Assembly (NCBI GenBank): GCA_045594705.1
Contig: JAZNZB010000038.1
Coordinates: 20,234-84,233 of the forward strand
DNA from: Eubacteriales bacterium
GTDB lineage: Bacteria > Bacillota > Clostridia > Oscillospirales > CAG-272
Direction of reading: 5' to 3'
Length of the DNA: 64,000 nucleotides
Shown here: piece after piece, positions 7,204 to 16,547 of the stretch
Position numbering within the stretch: position 1 is the first letter of the stretch
Layout: each line of letters opens with the position of its first letter
Notes under the pieces: model-generated
The model's database searches: none
Told to the model about the DNA's origin: nothing
Seen by the model: the letters and a program-made list of their open reading frames with translations, nothing else
Position numbers and translations under genes: made by a program

Positions 7204-9300
7204 TTACAAAAGCGTCTCATAGTAGTATATAGGCAGTGCGCTCCAGCCGTGACAAAGGCTTGCGGCGTGCCCGAAATCCGAAAGGCCGATGATGGTCTCC
7301 CAGAAGGTGGTTGCACCGTTGCGCAACATATGAAAATAGTCACGGTCCAGCTCGTCAATGATCACCCCTGCGTATGCTTCCCTGTCATATGATAGCAGCG
7401 CGTCAAAGCGGAAGGAGTTCATGCTCAGCGTATTGGGATGCACCGTATATCCGCAATTGTCTTTTCCGTTGGTAGCGAGAATACGCAAAATATTGGTCTT
7501 ATCAACGCCATCTGCCGCGCCGCACAGCATGCAAAGTGCATTGGTCAGCACGCTGTATTCCCCTCTGCAACGGTTTTCAAACGACTCGAACAGGCGAGTC
7601 TCGGGATTATAGAATTCCCTTGCGATCGCTGCGTTGACGCGCTTTGAAAGCTCGCGGTATTCCCCTGCCTCTCGGGTCTTGCCGAGCGCATCACAGATCT
7701 TTGCCATATGCACAAGCGCAAGCGAGAAAAAGGCGTTGAGCGGTGCTTCCATGCTGCGGTTTTGCTCAAAGAAATGGCCGTTCATGCCGGGACTCCATTC
7801 ATAGAAGTTCCAGTATCCTCCCTCACCGTAGAAATTCTCGATCAGGCCGCTTTCCTGCAGCTTTCCGATAAACGTATGGATGATGGTATCCAGCACGGGA
7901 TAGCACTCCTCTGCGAGCGTCACGTCGCCCGTGTAGCGAATGTATTCCTCCATCTGGATAAAATACACGGTTGAGAAGGACGGAATGGGAAAATCCTTGC
8001 CTGCGGGATAGCAAAGCGTCAGAATGCCGTCCGGGCGCAAGCCCTTGGAGATCAATTTCAGATTGGCGCGCGGGAAATCCTTTTCGCCAAAGGCATAATA
8101 GCCGCAAAGCATCTGATTGCGCGAGTCCATGCAATAGAGTGCCTGCTCTCTCCAGGGGCAGTCCTCATAGTGCTCGTGCATGCATTGCAGCAGCGTATTG
8201 GCACAGACCTCGTAGATGGTATTCTGCAAGAGATTTCCCTTTTCGAATTTCTTGGCGGTCACGGGATACAGCGTAGGTCTCAGACCTGCGTAATGCACGG
8301 TAAATTCGGTGGCGTTGACAAAGAACTGCACGTATCGGCAGCCAAAGCGTCGGAAGGTATGCAGGTATTGGTTTCTTCCCTTTTTGGCTCTGTAATCGGC
8401 CGAGAATCCTCGCACGGACGTGCGGCATCTGCCGTCGGCCAGGTGCTCTCCGTAGCCGATCTCGATCTGACAGTCGTGCGGTACTTCAATGTCAAAGTCC
8501 AAAAATCCCGCCCATTCCTGTCCGAGATCCACAATAAAGAAGATGCCCTGCGCCACGTCCTCTGTCTTAAAATGCACCGGCTTGTCAAAGCCGAAGAATC
8601 CGCGCATATCCGAGATCTGCTCGGGATAACGGTGACGAAGCGCTGCGTGTTGCATCATCTTATCGGGGCTTGTATGCTGCTTTTCCACGTAATCAAAAAG
8701 GCCTTGCATACACATCTGCGCTTGTGTTCTCGGAGCAAGCTCCAGCATTTTGACGGGTCGCAGCGTAAAATCGGTGGAGATCATGGGCATGAGCACACTC
8801 GGCGCAAAGCCATCGGTCACATCCCGTTCGATAAAGCCATCGTACGAGGTAGCGTCGTAGTGATAGGTATAGCCCAGCTGCCCCGAGATCAGCTGTCTGA
8901 CGTGCGAAATGTAGTCGCGCGACAAGCGCGAAAGCGTGCTTTCATCCGAGTAACAGATGGGAGTATCCTGCTCACGGATCTCGAAGATCACACCCGGATC
9001 ACCGTGAATGTAGGTCTGCGTGTCGTCGCCATAGTACCACACTACGATGACCAGTTTGTTCTTGCCTGCCTTGACAAATTTGGTGACGTCCACGCGGTCA
9101 CAGACCTTGTAGGTGGGATAATCGGCATATTGGCCAAAGGCGGCAAGCTCGCCGTTAAGGTACACGGTATAATTGGAGTCTGCGGCTATGGTCAGCGTAT
9201 AAGGTGCTTGCCCGCTTGCATCAAATTCCGCAATGAAGTCCGCAAATTCATCCGACAGGAGCTCCCCTGCCTTCCAGATCCATTTAGCTTTCTGAAACAT
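7204..9300 (-). CDS. GH78-like (alpha-L-rhamnosidase-related) six-hairpin glycosidase, cytoplasmic
   Basis: 698 aa. N-terminus MFQKAKWIWKAGE... is typical of the rhamnosidase N-terminal domain, and EDCPWREQALYCMDSRNQ resembles the GH78 DCPxRE(R) motif. No signal peptide. Family call is from motif memory only. Confidence 0.6.
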   Translation of the reverse strand: MFQKAKWIWKAGELLSDEFADFIAEFDASGQAPYTLTIAADSNYTVYLNGELAAFGQYADYPTYKVCDRVDVTKFVKAGKNKLVIVVWYYGDDTQTYIHGDPGVIFEIREQDTPICYSDESTLSRLSRDYISHVRQLISGQLGYTYHYDATSYDGFIERDVTDGFAPSVLMPMISTDFTLRPVKMLELAPRTQAQMCMQGLFDYVEKQHTSPDKMMQHAALRHRYPEQISDMRGFFGFDKPVHFKTEDVAQGIFFIVDLGQEWAGFLDFDIEVPHDCQIEIGYGEHLADGRCRTSVRGFSADYRAKKGRNQYLHTFRRFGCRYVQFFVNATEFTVHYAGLRPTLYPVTAKKFEKGNLLQNTIYEVCANTLLQCMHEHYEDCPWREQALYCMDSRNQMLCGYYAFGEKDFPRANLKLISKGLRPDGILTLCYPAGKDFPIPSFSTVYFIQMEEYIRYTGDVTLAEECYPVLDTIIHTFIGKLQESGLIENFYGEGGYWNFYEWSPGMNGHFFEQNRSMEAPLNAFFSLALVHMAKICDALGKTREAGEYRELSKRVNAAIAREFYNPETRLFESFENRCRGEYSVLTNALCMLCGAADGVDKTNILRILATNGKDNCGYTVHPNTLSMNSFRFDALLSYDREAYAGVIIDELDRDYFHMLRNGATTFWETIIGLSDFGHAASLCHGWSALPIYYYETLL

Positions 9301-10288
9301 GCTCTACCTCCGATTGATAGTATTTTCCTTGGTACAGGTCGTTTTGATACAGAATTTTATCCACGTCGTTGACCACGGCCGTTTTGCGTCTGCTCCAGTC
9401 GGGCGCAAGCAGCGAATCCGGTGCACCGTCTCCGGTCAGACGCGCGATCACGGTATCGGGCGGCAGCAGCGTCAGGGCCTTGGCCACGATTTCGGTATAT
9501 GCCGATTGCGTCATGGGCTCGTAGTCACCGTTCAGATATATATCAGCCATGACGGTATTTTTGATCACGTGCAAAAGGTGCAGCTTGACCTGATCGGGAT
9601 GCAATTCCGCCACGTCGCGCACGCTCTGCAGCATGGTCTGCTCGTCTTCGCCCGGCAGACCGAGGATCAGATGGATGCAGATGTGAATATGCGGGCTTGC
9701 CTCTCGCAGTGCGCGATAACCGGCAACAAAAGAGGCAAAGTCGTGCCCGCGGTTGATCAGCGCAGCGGTTTGATCGTCCGAGCTTTGCAGACCCAGCTCG
9801 ACTGTCAGATAGGTGCGGCCAGCAAGCTCCGCAAGATAAGCGACAACGTCACTCTCAAGGCAATCTGCACGCGTTGCGATATTCAAGCCCACCACGCCCG
9901 GGTATGCGAGTGCCTGCTCGAATTTCTCGCGCAAGATCTCAAGCGGCGCGTAGGTGTTTGTATGCGCCTGGAAATACGGAATGACCTTGTCGGTCTTCCA
10001 TTTTCCGCTGATCAGCGCGTGGGATCTTTGCATCTGCTCCAAAATCGGCACGTCGGGTGGCGGTGCAAAATCCCCGCTTCCCTTGTCCGAGCAGTAAATG
10101 CAGCCGCCGTGCGCGCATTTGCCGTCGATATTCGGACAGGTAAAGCCCGCGTCGATGGGCAGCTTGGCAACCTTACCGCCAAAGGTATTTTTGAGAAAAT
10201 AGTCGTAGGTATAATAGCGTTTATTTGTATCGCTGAACGCAAACGGATTACTTGCCGCCTGCGTGACCTTCTTGCCCATGCCCATCAC
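9284..10288 (-). CDS. TIGR01212-family radical SAM protein (YhcC-like)
   Basis: NKRYYTYDYFLKNTFGGKVAKLPIDAGFTCPNIDGKCAHGGCIYCS is the hallmark N-terminus of this family. Exact start is ambiguous (ATGs at 10288, 10285, 10279). The 3' end overlaps the next gene by 17 nt. Confidence 0.88.
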   Translation of the reverse strand: MMGMGKKVTQAASNPFAFSDTNKRYYTYDYFLKNTFGGKVAKLPIDAGFTCPNIDGKCAHGGCIYCSDKGSGDFAPPPDVPILEQMQRSHALISGKWKTDKVIPYFQAHTNTYAPLEILREKFEQALAYPGVVGLNIATRADCLESDVVAYLAELAGRTYLTVELGLQSSDDQTAALINRGHDFASFVAGYRALREASPHIHICIHLILGLPGEDEQTMLQSVRDVAELHPDQVKLHLLHVIKNTVMADIYLNGDYEPMTQSAYTEIVAKALTLLPPDTVIARLTGDGAPDSLLAPDWSRRKTAVVNDVDKILYQNDLYQGKYYQSEVEHVSES

Positions 10289-10302
10289 CTCACTTTGGTT
10301 TT

Positions 10303-10331
10303 ATTATACAGGAAATATTTTGCAATGTCAA
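10303..10331 (-). promoter_or_regulatory. sigma-A type promoter (TTGACA-N17-TATAAT)
   Basis: Minus strand: TTGACA ttgcaaaatatttcctg TATAAT, just upstream of the radical SAM gene. Confidence 0.6.
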
Positions 10332-10365
10332 TAAAAAATAAGAATCCCCGCACAGCGAGGATTCT
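10332..10365 (-). terminator. Rho-independent terminator of the aminotransferase gene
   Basis: AGAATCC/GGATTCT stem followed by TATTTTTTATT on the minus strand, after the stop at 10376. Confidence 0.6.
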
Positions 10366-10375
10366 CTGTTCGATA

Positions 10376-11656
10376 TTATTCTGCCAGCAGCTTTTCAAGT
10401 GCCGCAAGTCTGACGCAAACGGTCAGCACGTTCATGGCGTCGGTCAGATCGGGAATGGACGGATAGGTGGGGGCAATACGGATGTTGGAGTCGGCGGGGT
10501 CTTTGCCGTAAGGATAGGTAGCTCCTACCTTGGTCAGCACCACGCCTGCCTCTTTTGCAAGCTCGCCTGCTCTCTTAGCCGTGCCGGGCATAACGTACAA
10601 ACTGACGAAATAGCCGCCCTTGGGGTCTGTCCAGTGGGCAATTCCCTTGTCGCCGAGATCGCGCTCCAGCGTCTCTTTGACGATCTCAAAGCGAGGACGC
10701 AGAATGGCCGCCTGCTTTTGCATGATGACCTTGACGTTCTCTGCCGTACCGAAGTACTTGACGTGACGCAGCTGGTTAAGCTTGTTATAGCTGATGGTCT
10801 GAACGGTCATTTCCTTCTTGGCGTGGTCTAAGTTCGCATCAGACATAGCCATCACGGCAACGCCTGCACCGGGATAGGTGATCTTGGAGGTGGAGGCAAA
10901 ATAGAAGATTCTGTCCTCGTTGCCATACTTGCGGCAGAGCGCGAAAATGTCAGCCAAGTGGTCCTCCTGTCCGTACAGCGCATGGACGACGTATGCGTTA
11001 TCCCAAAAGATACGGAAATCGGGGGCTGCGGTTTTCATGCTTGCAAGACGCTCAACCGTTTCGTCGGAATAGATATATCCGTCCGGATTGGAGTACTTGG
11101 GGTTGCACCAGATACCCTTGATGGATGCGTCATTTGCAACCAATTCCTCAACCATGTCCATATCGGGACCGGTTTCAAGCATGGGAATGGTGATCATTTC
11201 AATACCCATCTTTTCGCAGATCGCAAAGTGGCGATCGTAGCCGGGAGACGGACACAAAAACTTGATCTGATCCAGCTTGCACCAAGGGGTCGAGCCCTCG
11301 GTTGCGGTGCCGTACAGCATACAGCGGCACATGGTATCGTACATCAGCGTCAAGGACGAGTTGCCTGCTACGAAAATACTGGAAGCGGGGATGCCGAGCA
11401 GATCGCCAAACAGCTTTTTTGCCTCGGGCACGCCGTCCAGCATGCCGTAATTGCGGCAGTCAAAGCCACTCTCGGAAAAGCAAGATTCACGGTCGATGCA
11501 AGTCAGGAGACCGTCTATCATATCCAGCTGCTCCGTACAGGGCTTGCCTCTCGAAAGGTCAAGCGAAAGGCCCTTTGCCTTGATCTGTTCATATTCCTTT
11601 TGTAAGGATTGGTATTCGGCAAGCAGCGTCTGCTGGCTTTGTTCTATATAATGCAT
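10376..11656 (-). CDS. PLP-dependent aminotransferase (class I/II fold)
   Basis: 426 aa. [15 protein letters not shown] near the N-terminus and [13 protein letters not shown] (PLP-lysine context) match the aspartate-aminotransferase-like subfamily. Substrate unknown. Confidence 0.85.
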   Translation of the reverse strand: MHYIEQSQQTLLAEYQSLQKEYEQIKAKGLSLDLSRGKPCTEQLDMIDGLLTCIDRESCFSESGFDCRNYGMLDGVPEAKKLFGDLLGIPASSIFVAGNSSLTLMYDTMCRCMLYGTATEGSTPWCKLDQIKFLCPSPGYDRHFAICEKMGIEMITIPMLETGPDMDMVEELVANDASIKGIWCNPKYSNPDGYIYSDETVERLASMKTAAPDFRIFWDNAYVVHALYGQEDHLADIFALCRKYGNEDRIFYFASTSKITYPGAGVAVMAMSDANLDHAKKEMTVQTISYNKLNQLRHVKYFGTAENVKVIMQKQAAILRPRFEIVKETLERDLGDKGIAHWTDPKGGYFVSLYVMPGTAKRAGELAKEAGVVLTKVGATYPYGKDPADSNIRIAPTYPSIPDLTDAMNVLTVCVRLAALEKLLAE

Positions 11657-11690
11657 GTCAGTAATACTCCTATTTCAATTCAACTCGTTC

Positions 11691-11719
11691 ATTATACCAC
11701 GGAGCTTGACAATTTGCAA
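11691..11719 (-). promoter_or_regulatory. sigma-A type promoter (TTGCAA-N17-TATAAT)
   Basis: Minus strand: TTGCAA attgtcaagctccgtgg TATAAT, upstream of the aminotransferase gene. Confidence 0.55.
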
Positions 11720-11753
11720 TAGGTATTTTGAAATATTTTCAAAAATTATTGCA

Positions 11754-14120
11754 TTATTTATCGGGATATTGCGCTTTTTTCCAAAATCCCGCCACGATTT
11801 TTGCAAGAGATTGCGCGTCGCTTGCAAATTGTACATCCTCCCAATGTGGGGGAAACAGGTCAATATAGCGTTGCTCGGCATATCTTTGATCCAGCAAGAT
11901 TACAACACCGCGGTCGGTATCGGTACGGATCACGCGACCCGCCGCCTGCAGCACGTGATTCATGCCGGGGTAAACGTAGGCGTATTCGTAGCCCATACCG
12001 TTTTGGTCTGCGTAATAATCGCGGATGATGTTTCTCTCGTCCGACAGTCCGGGAATTCCGACCCCCACGATGATGCTGCCGATCAGTCTGCCGCCGGGCA
12101 GATCCACACCCTCGGAAAACGAGCCGCCCAGCACACAAAAGCCGATCAGCATGCTTGGGTTATCCGCGCAGAATGCATCGAGAAACTGCTCCTTCTGCTC
12201 CTGTGTCATACCGCGCTTCTGCACTAAGATGGGCACATCGGGGTAACGGTCGGAAAATGCCGCAACCACCTTTTCCATATAGGAATATGACGGGAAATAC
12301 ACCATGTAATTCCCTACCTTGCCACAAACCGACGCAGCAATATAGGAAGCAGTCTTTTTGATGGATCTGTCCCTATCCTCGTATCTTGTGCTGATGCCCT
12401 CTGCCACTGCCACGCAAAGATTCTCACGCGGAAAGGGTGACGGGAAATTGACCGAAACGGCATGCTTCCCACCGCCCAGCGTTTGCGCAAAATAGCTTGG
12501 AGGCGTCAGCGTTGCGGAGAACATGATCACTGCTTCCGCTTTTTCGTTACACTGCTCAAGCTGACTGCTGGGATCAAGACAAAGCTGCTTGAGTGTGACC
12601 TCTTCTCCCTGCACGGTCAGATAGGTCACAAACCCGGAATCATAAAGCTCAGCTGTTGCCACGTAGGCGCGCAAAGAGGTATAGAAGGTCTCGATACAAT
12701 CGTATAATGCATCATAGCTGTGATTTTTCAGCCATTTATCGATGCTTGATGAAAGACTTGAAAGAACCTCGTTGACGTCGTCCAATGGCTCGCGCGAGAA
12801 ATAATAGCCGCATTCGATGCCCTCGCTGCTTTTTTGCATGGTATCGCGGCAATAGCTGCGGACGGTTTTGAATACACGCATGCTTTCCTTGATCTTTTTT
12901 TGCAGCGGCTCGGACTCGGGCAGCATTTGGAGCAAGGAGGCAAATCCGGTGCTCCGGAGCTCGCAGGAAAACATATCTCTCGCTCTATCCGTCAGGTTAT
13001 GCGCCTCATCGACAAGAAGTACGTATTTCCCGTTATTTTCCACGAAATATCTGCGCAGCTTGACAGCAGGATTATACACGTAATTATAGTCACAGATGAT
13101 AATGCTGCAGAATTCGGACAGATCCAGCGAAAGCTCATATGGGCATACACCGTATTTCTCTGCCACGCGGCGGATGAGTGCCGAGGTATAGCCGTTCTGG
13201 AAGGTCAACAGCTCGGAGATAGCTTGCATGATCTTGGTATGCGAGAGGCTGCGCGGACACTCGTGCTTGCAGGTGCGGTGCGTACAGCCGTCAACAGGAC
13301 ACATTTGCTCCTTGGCTGAAAGCACAATGGTACGCAGTGGGGCGCCCGCGTCAAACAGGCGTTTTGCCGCTGCAAAGGCCTCGCGGCGCGTGCTGGATTT
13401 GGCAGTCAGATAAAAGATCTTATCGCATTTCCCTTTTCCCATGGCGCGTACGGCGGGATACATGGTGGAAATGGTTTTGCCGATACCGGTCGGGGCTTGA
13501 ATAAACAAGCGGCTGCCGTGCATAATATCGCGGTAGCACTCACGCATGAATTCCTCCTGCCCCTCGCGGATCTCGGGATACGGAAACGCAAGCGTTGCCG
13601 CACGCGGCCTGACATCGCGGTTCTGCTCTACGCAATTCTCAATATAAGGCATGGCGCGCGATAGAATGGAGGTATATTCCTCTTGCAGCGTTTGGACAGT
13701 ATAGGTCACGGCAGTGTTTGCGGTCTCTCCCGAGGAAGTGACAGTAATTCTGCGCAAGGTTACACAGTCAAGCTGCTTGGCTGCAGCCAGAAAATACCCA
13801 AGACATCGTTGACGCACGGGGATATTGATGATTTCATCCCGCTCGGGCAGATTGGCTGCGCGGCGGGAGTGATCGATGATCATGCGCTCACCGTCGATCT
13901 CAATGCCCTGCGCAATGCCGCTGACCTTGATAAGCACGCCCGAAAAACGGCAGGTATGCTGCAGCTGCACATCGGAAAAATACGTTCCGTTCTGTGCACT
14001 GACGGCATCCAGCGCGATCTCACACGCAGGCTCTTCGCGAAAGTTGCCGCGCCCGAAAGCAACGGCACACAGCTCGCCAAGCTCCAGCTCAACAGCTCCC
14101 GTCTGCTCATTGTATCGCAT
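11754..14120 (-). CDS. XPD/DinG-family (Rad3-like) Fe-S DNA helicase with an N-terminal extension
   Basis: Start set at ATG 14120 (AGGAGG RBS). Walker A APTGIGKT, DEAH box LLVDEAHNL, Cys cluster MCPVDGCTHRTCKHEC...VCPYE typical of XPD-type 4Fe-4S domains, C-terminal helicase motifs (QAAGRVIR). About 190 aa precede the helicase core. Confidence 0.88.
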   Translation of the reverse strand: MRYNEQTGAVELELGELCAVAFGRGNFREEPACEIALDAVSAQNGTYFSDVQLQHTCRFSGVLIKVSGIAQGIEIDGERMIIDHSRRAANLPERDEIINIPVRQRCLGYFLAAAKQLDCVTLRRITVTSSGETANTAVTYTVQTLQEEYTSILSRAMPYIENCVEQNRDVRPRAATLAFPYPEIREGQEEFMRECYRDIMHGSRLFIQAPTGIGKTISTMYPAVRAMGKGKCDKIFYLTAKSSTRREAFAAAKRLFDAGAPLRTIVLSAKEQMCPVDGCTHRTCKHECPRSLSHTKIMQAISELLTFQNGYTSALIRRVAEKYGVCPYELSLDLSEFCSIIICDYNYVYNPAVKLRRYFVENNGKYVLLVDEAHNLTDRARDMFSCELRSTGFASLLQMLPESEPLQKKIKESMRVFKTVRSYCRDTMQKSSEGIECGYYFSREPLDDVNEVLSSLSSSIDKWLKNHSYDALYDCIETFYTSLRAYVATAELYDSGFVTYLTVQGEEVTLKQLCLDPSSQLEQCNEKAEAVIMFSATLTPPSYFAQTLGGGKHAVSVNFPSPFPRENLCVAVAEGISTRYEDRDRSIKKTASYIAASVCGKVGNYMVYFPSYSYMEKVVAAFSDRYPDVPILVQKRGMTQEQKEQFLDAFCADNPSMLIGFCVLGGSFSEGVDLPGGRLIGSIIVGVGIPGLSDERNIIRDYYADQNGMGYEYAYVYPGMNHVLQAAGRVIRTDTDRGVVILLDQRYAEQRYIDLFPPHWEDVQFASDAQSLAKIVAGFWKKAQYPDK

Positions 14121-14150
14121 GCCGTCACCTCCTTTGCCATCATTATTTCT

Positions 14151-14179
14151 ATTATAACACAATGCGTGCACTCCGTCAA
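14151..14179 (-). promoter_or_regulatory. sigma-A type promoter (TTGACG-N17-TATAAT)
   Basis: Minus strand: TTGACG gagtgcacgcattgtgt TATAAT, upstream of the helicase gene. Confidence 0.55.
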
Positions 14180-14267
14180 TGTCAATTACCATATTTTTAG
14201 GGGTACACAAAGTCGTGTATTTCGCTTATAATGTTATTAAGAAACGTAACACCGAAAGGATTTCTAT

Positions 14268-14897
14268 ATGGATTTGATCAAGATCAGCGATTCCAAGCTG
14301 AAAATCATGCTGACCCCTTCGGACATGACCTATTACGACTTACATAACGACTCCGTCAGCTTTGCTGACGCACACGTACGCCGCGTATTGCGCAGGCTTT
14401 TATCCGATGCGCGCGAGCAGACCGGATTTGACGGAGATATGACACGCCTTTACGTGCAGATGTACCCTTGCGCGGATGGCGGATGTGAGCTTTTTATTTC
14501 AAAGCCGGAGGAAGCAGACGCGCAGACCGATGCTTGCTATTCTTCGCCCATGCTGCCCTCTCCCACCATCCAAAGCCGAGCGTTGCGCGGCAAAGAAAGG
14601 CACGGCCCCGATATGTGTGCATACTCATTTACCAGCCTCAAGGACGTCATCAGCACCTGCAAGCGGTTGCTTGCAATCGGATTTCCCGGAAAAAGCACGC
14701 TTTACACAGATCAAAAAAACCTTTATTACCTGCTTTTACGTGATTTTTCCGCGCCTTCCTTGTATTCCCCCGATGAATACTGCTTTCTTGTTGAATACGG
14801 TGTACGCGAGAATGCCAGAATCATACAGACATATATTGGTGAGTATGGCATGCTGATTTGCGAGGATAATGCCGTGCAAATCATGTCAAAGCTATAA
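14268..14897 (+). CDS. MecA-like adaptor protein
   Basis: 209 aa. MDLIKISDSKLKIMLTPSDMTYYDL... and the C-terminal LYYLLLRDF...LVEYGVRE...EYGMLICEDNA follow the MecA N- and C-domain pattern (recalled from B. subtilis MecA). Confidence 0.7.
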   Translation: MDLIKISDSKLKIMLTPSDMTYYDLHNDSVSFADAHVRRVLRRLLSDAREQTGFDGDMTRLYVQMYPCADGGCELFISKPEEADAQTDACYSSPMLPSPTIQSRALRGKERHGPDMCAYSFTSLKDVISTCKRLLAIGFPGKSTLYTDQKNLYYLLLRDFSAPSLYSPDEYCFLVEYGVRENARIIQTYIGEYGMLICEDNAVQIMSKL

Positions 14898-14911
14898 TTT
14901 TTGTCAAACAC

Positions 14912-14940
14912 TTGCAATCCTTGCATCTATTTGGTATAAT
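14912..14940 (+). promoter_or_regulatory. sigma-A type promoter (TTGCAA-N17-TATAAT)
   Basis: TTGCAA tccttgcatctatttgg TATAAT, upstream of the uracil-DNA glycosylase gene. Confidence 0.55.
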
Positions 14941-14957
14941 GGTAGCATGAAAGCGAG

Positions 14958-15518
14958 GTGCTACCATTGACCTGGGATCAACTTTATGAATCTTGCGCGG
15001 CTTGCGAGAAATGTGAGCTTGCCAAAACAAGGACCAACTGCGTATTCGGTACGGGAAACCGCGAGGCGGACATTCTGTTCGTGGGCGAAGCTCCCGGTGA
15101 GCAGGAGGATCTTTCGGGCACGCCCTTTGTGGGCAGAGCCGGTCAGCTGCTGGATAAATATCTGTACGCCGTGGATATCGCGCGAGAGGACGTATATATT
15201 GCCAACATTCTCAAATGCCGTCCGCCCAAGAACCGCGATCCGCTGCCCGCAGAGGAAGAGGCTTGCATAGACTATCTGCGCGAGCAGGTGAGATTGATCA
15301 AGCCCAAGATCATCGTATGTCTTGGCAGAATTGCCGCTATGAAGCTGATCAAGCCCGATTTCAAGATTTCCAAGGAGCATGGCATCTGGTTTGAAAAGGG
15401 CAACTTTGTCATGACCGCGGTCTATCACCCCGCCGCGCTTTTGCGTGATCCGCGTCGCAAGGAGGAAATGCTTGCGGATATGCAGGAAATCAAGAAAAAA
15501 CTGGATAGCTTGAAATAA
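14958..15518 (+). CDS. Family 4 uracil-DNA glycosylase
   Basis: CEKCELAKTRTNCVFGTGNREADILFVGEAPGEQEDLSGTPFVGRAGQLL is the family-4 UDG signature. Start uncertain: GTG at 14958, or TTG at 14967 which is better spaced from GAGGTG. Confidence 0.9.
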   Translation: MLPLTWDQLYESCAACEKCELAKTRTNCVFGTGNREADILFVGEAPGEQEDLSGTPFVGRAGQLLDKYLYAVDIAREDVYIANILKCRPPKNRDPLPAEEEACIDYLREQVRLIKPKIIVCLGRIAAMKLIKPDFKISKEHGIWFEKGNFVMTAVYHPAALLRDPRRKEEMLADMQEIKKKLDSLK

Positions 15519-15530
15519 AGGACTCTGCGT

Positions 15531-16508
15531 ATGAAATTCGACTTTACTTCCCTGCTTGTCGTCATCATCGTCATGTTTCTGATGATGGTGGTCGGCTTTT
15601 TCTGCCGCAAGATCGGCTGGATCGACGAGGCAGCCTCCAAAAGGCTTTCCACACTGATCATCAAGGTCGGACAGCCCATGATGATCATTGACGCGCTTGT
15701 CAACGTTCAGTACACCACCGAAAATCTCAAAAAAGGACTGCTGATCCTGGGCATCGGATTCTTTTTGCATTTTCTCATGGCTTTGCTGGCTTTCCCGCTT
15801 TGTATGCCCTATAAGGATCTTAACGAGCGCAAGATCACCGAGTTCTCGCTCATTTTTACCAACTGCGGCTTTATCGGCCTGCCCATTCTGGGGGCCTTGT
15901 TCGGTGACATCGGCAAATTTTACGGCGCGTTCTATCTGATCAGCTTTAACATCTTCATGTACATCTGGGGTCTGATGATCCTCGGTCGAAAGAGAGACGA
16001 CATTCGCATGACGCCCAAGAAAGCACTGATCAACTTTGGCTCGATTCCCTGCGCAATTGGCGTGGTGCTGTATCTTTTGCGCAATCCCGCGCTTAACAAT
16101 CCTTTGATCGGCACTGTTGTAGACGACGCGTTTTTGATGCTGTTTGCAAAGCTTGCTGCTTTGTGCCTGCCAATCTCGGTACTGATCACGGGTGCGCTGC
16201 TTGCAACAAGATCCCCAAAGCAGCTGTTCTGCTCGGGCAAGATCTATCTGTTCTCGCTGCTCAAGCTGATCCTGATCCCCGCTTTGGTATTCGTGATCTG
16301 CAGACTGCTCGGGTTTTCGCACGATATCATCATGTTTTCAACAGCCGTTACGGCACTGCCCACAGCGTCCATCATTTCGATGTTTTCCGAGACCTACGAC
16401 ATCTCACCCGGCTACGCCTCACAAACCGTGGGCGTGTCCAGCATGCTTTGTCTTGTCACGCTGCCGCTTGTGCTGACCTTGGCAGATAAGGTGTTGCAAA
16501 TATGGTAA
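15531..16508 (+). CDS. AEC-family (auxin efflux carrier) transporter
   Basis: 325 aa, about 10 hydrophobic segments. N-terminus ...MVVGFFCRKIGWIDEAASKRLSTLIIKVGQPMMI is typical of AEC permeases. Confidence 0.85.
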   Translation: MKFDFTSLLVVIIVMFLMMVVGFFCRKIGWIDEAASKRLSTLIIKVGQPMMIIDALVNVQYTTENLKKGLLILGIGFFLHFLMALLAFPLCMPYKDLNERKITEFSLIFTNCGFIGLPILGALFGDIGKFYGAFYLISFNIFMYIWGLMILGRKRDDIRMTPKKALINFGSIPCAIGVVLYLLRNPALNNPLIGTVVDDAFLMLFAKLAALCLPISVLITGALLATRSPKQLFCSGKIYLFSLLKLILIPALVFVICRLLGFSHDIIMFSTAVTALPTASIISMFSETYDISPGYASQTVGVSSMLCLVTLPLVLTLADKVLQIW

Positions 16509-16512
16509 AGTG

Positions 16513-16547
16513 AAACCACCGGTTCAAAAACCGGTGGTTTATTTTTA
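16513..16547. terminator. Bidirectional hairpin terminator between convergent genes
   Basis: AAACCACCGGTT/AACCGGTGGTTT stem followed by ATTTTTATTATT. Confidence 0.75.

Noticed and set aside
8170-10831. Plus-strand ORFs 8170-9372 (400 aa) and 9299-10831 (510 aa)
   Set aside because: They are antisense to the GH78-like, radical SAM and aminotransferase genes, all of which have family-specific motifs on the minus strand.
14961-16322. 453-aa minus-strand ORF spanning the UDG and AEC transporter genes
   Set aside because: It runs antisense across two unrelated, clearly recognisable plus-strand genes and across their intergenic gap. The product has skewed Gln/Asp/His/Lys composition and no recognisable motif.
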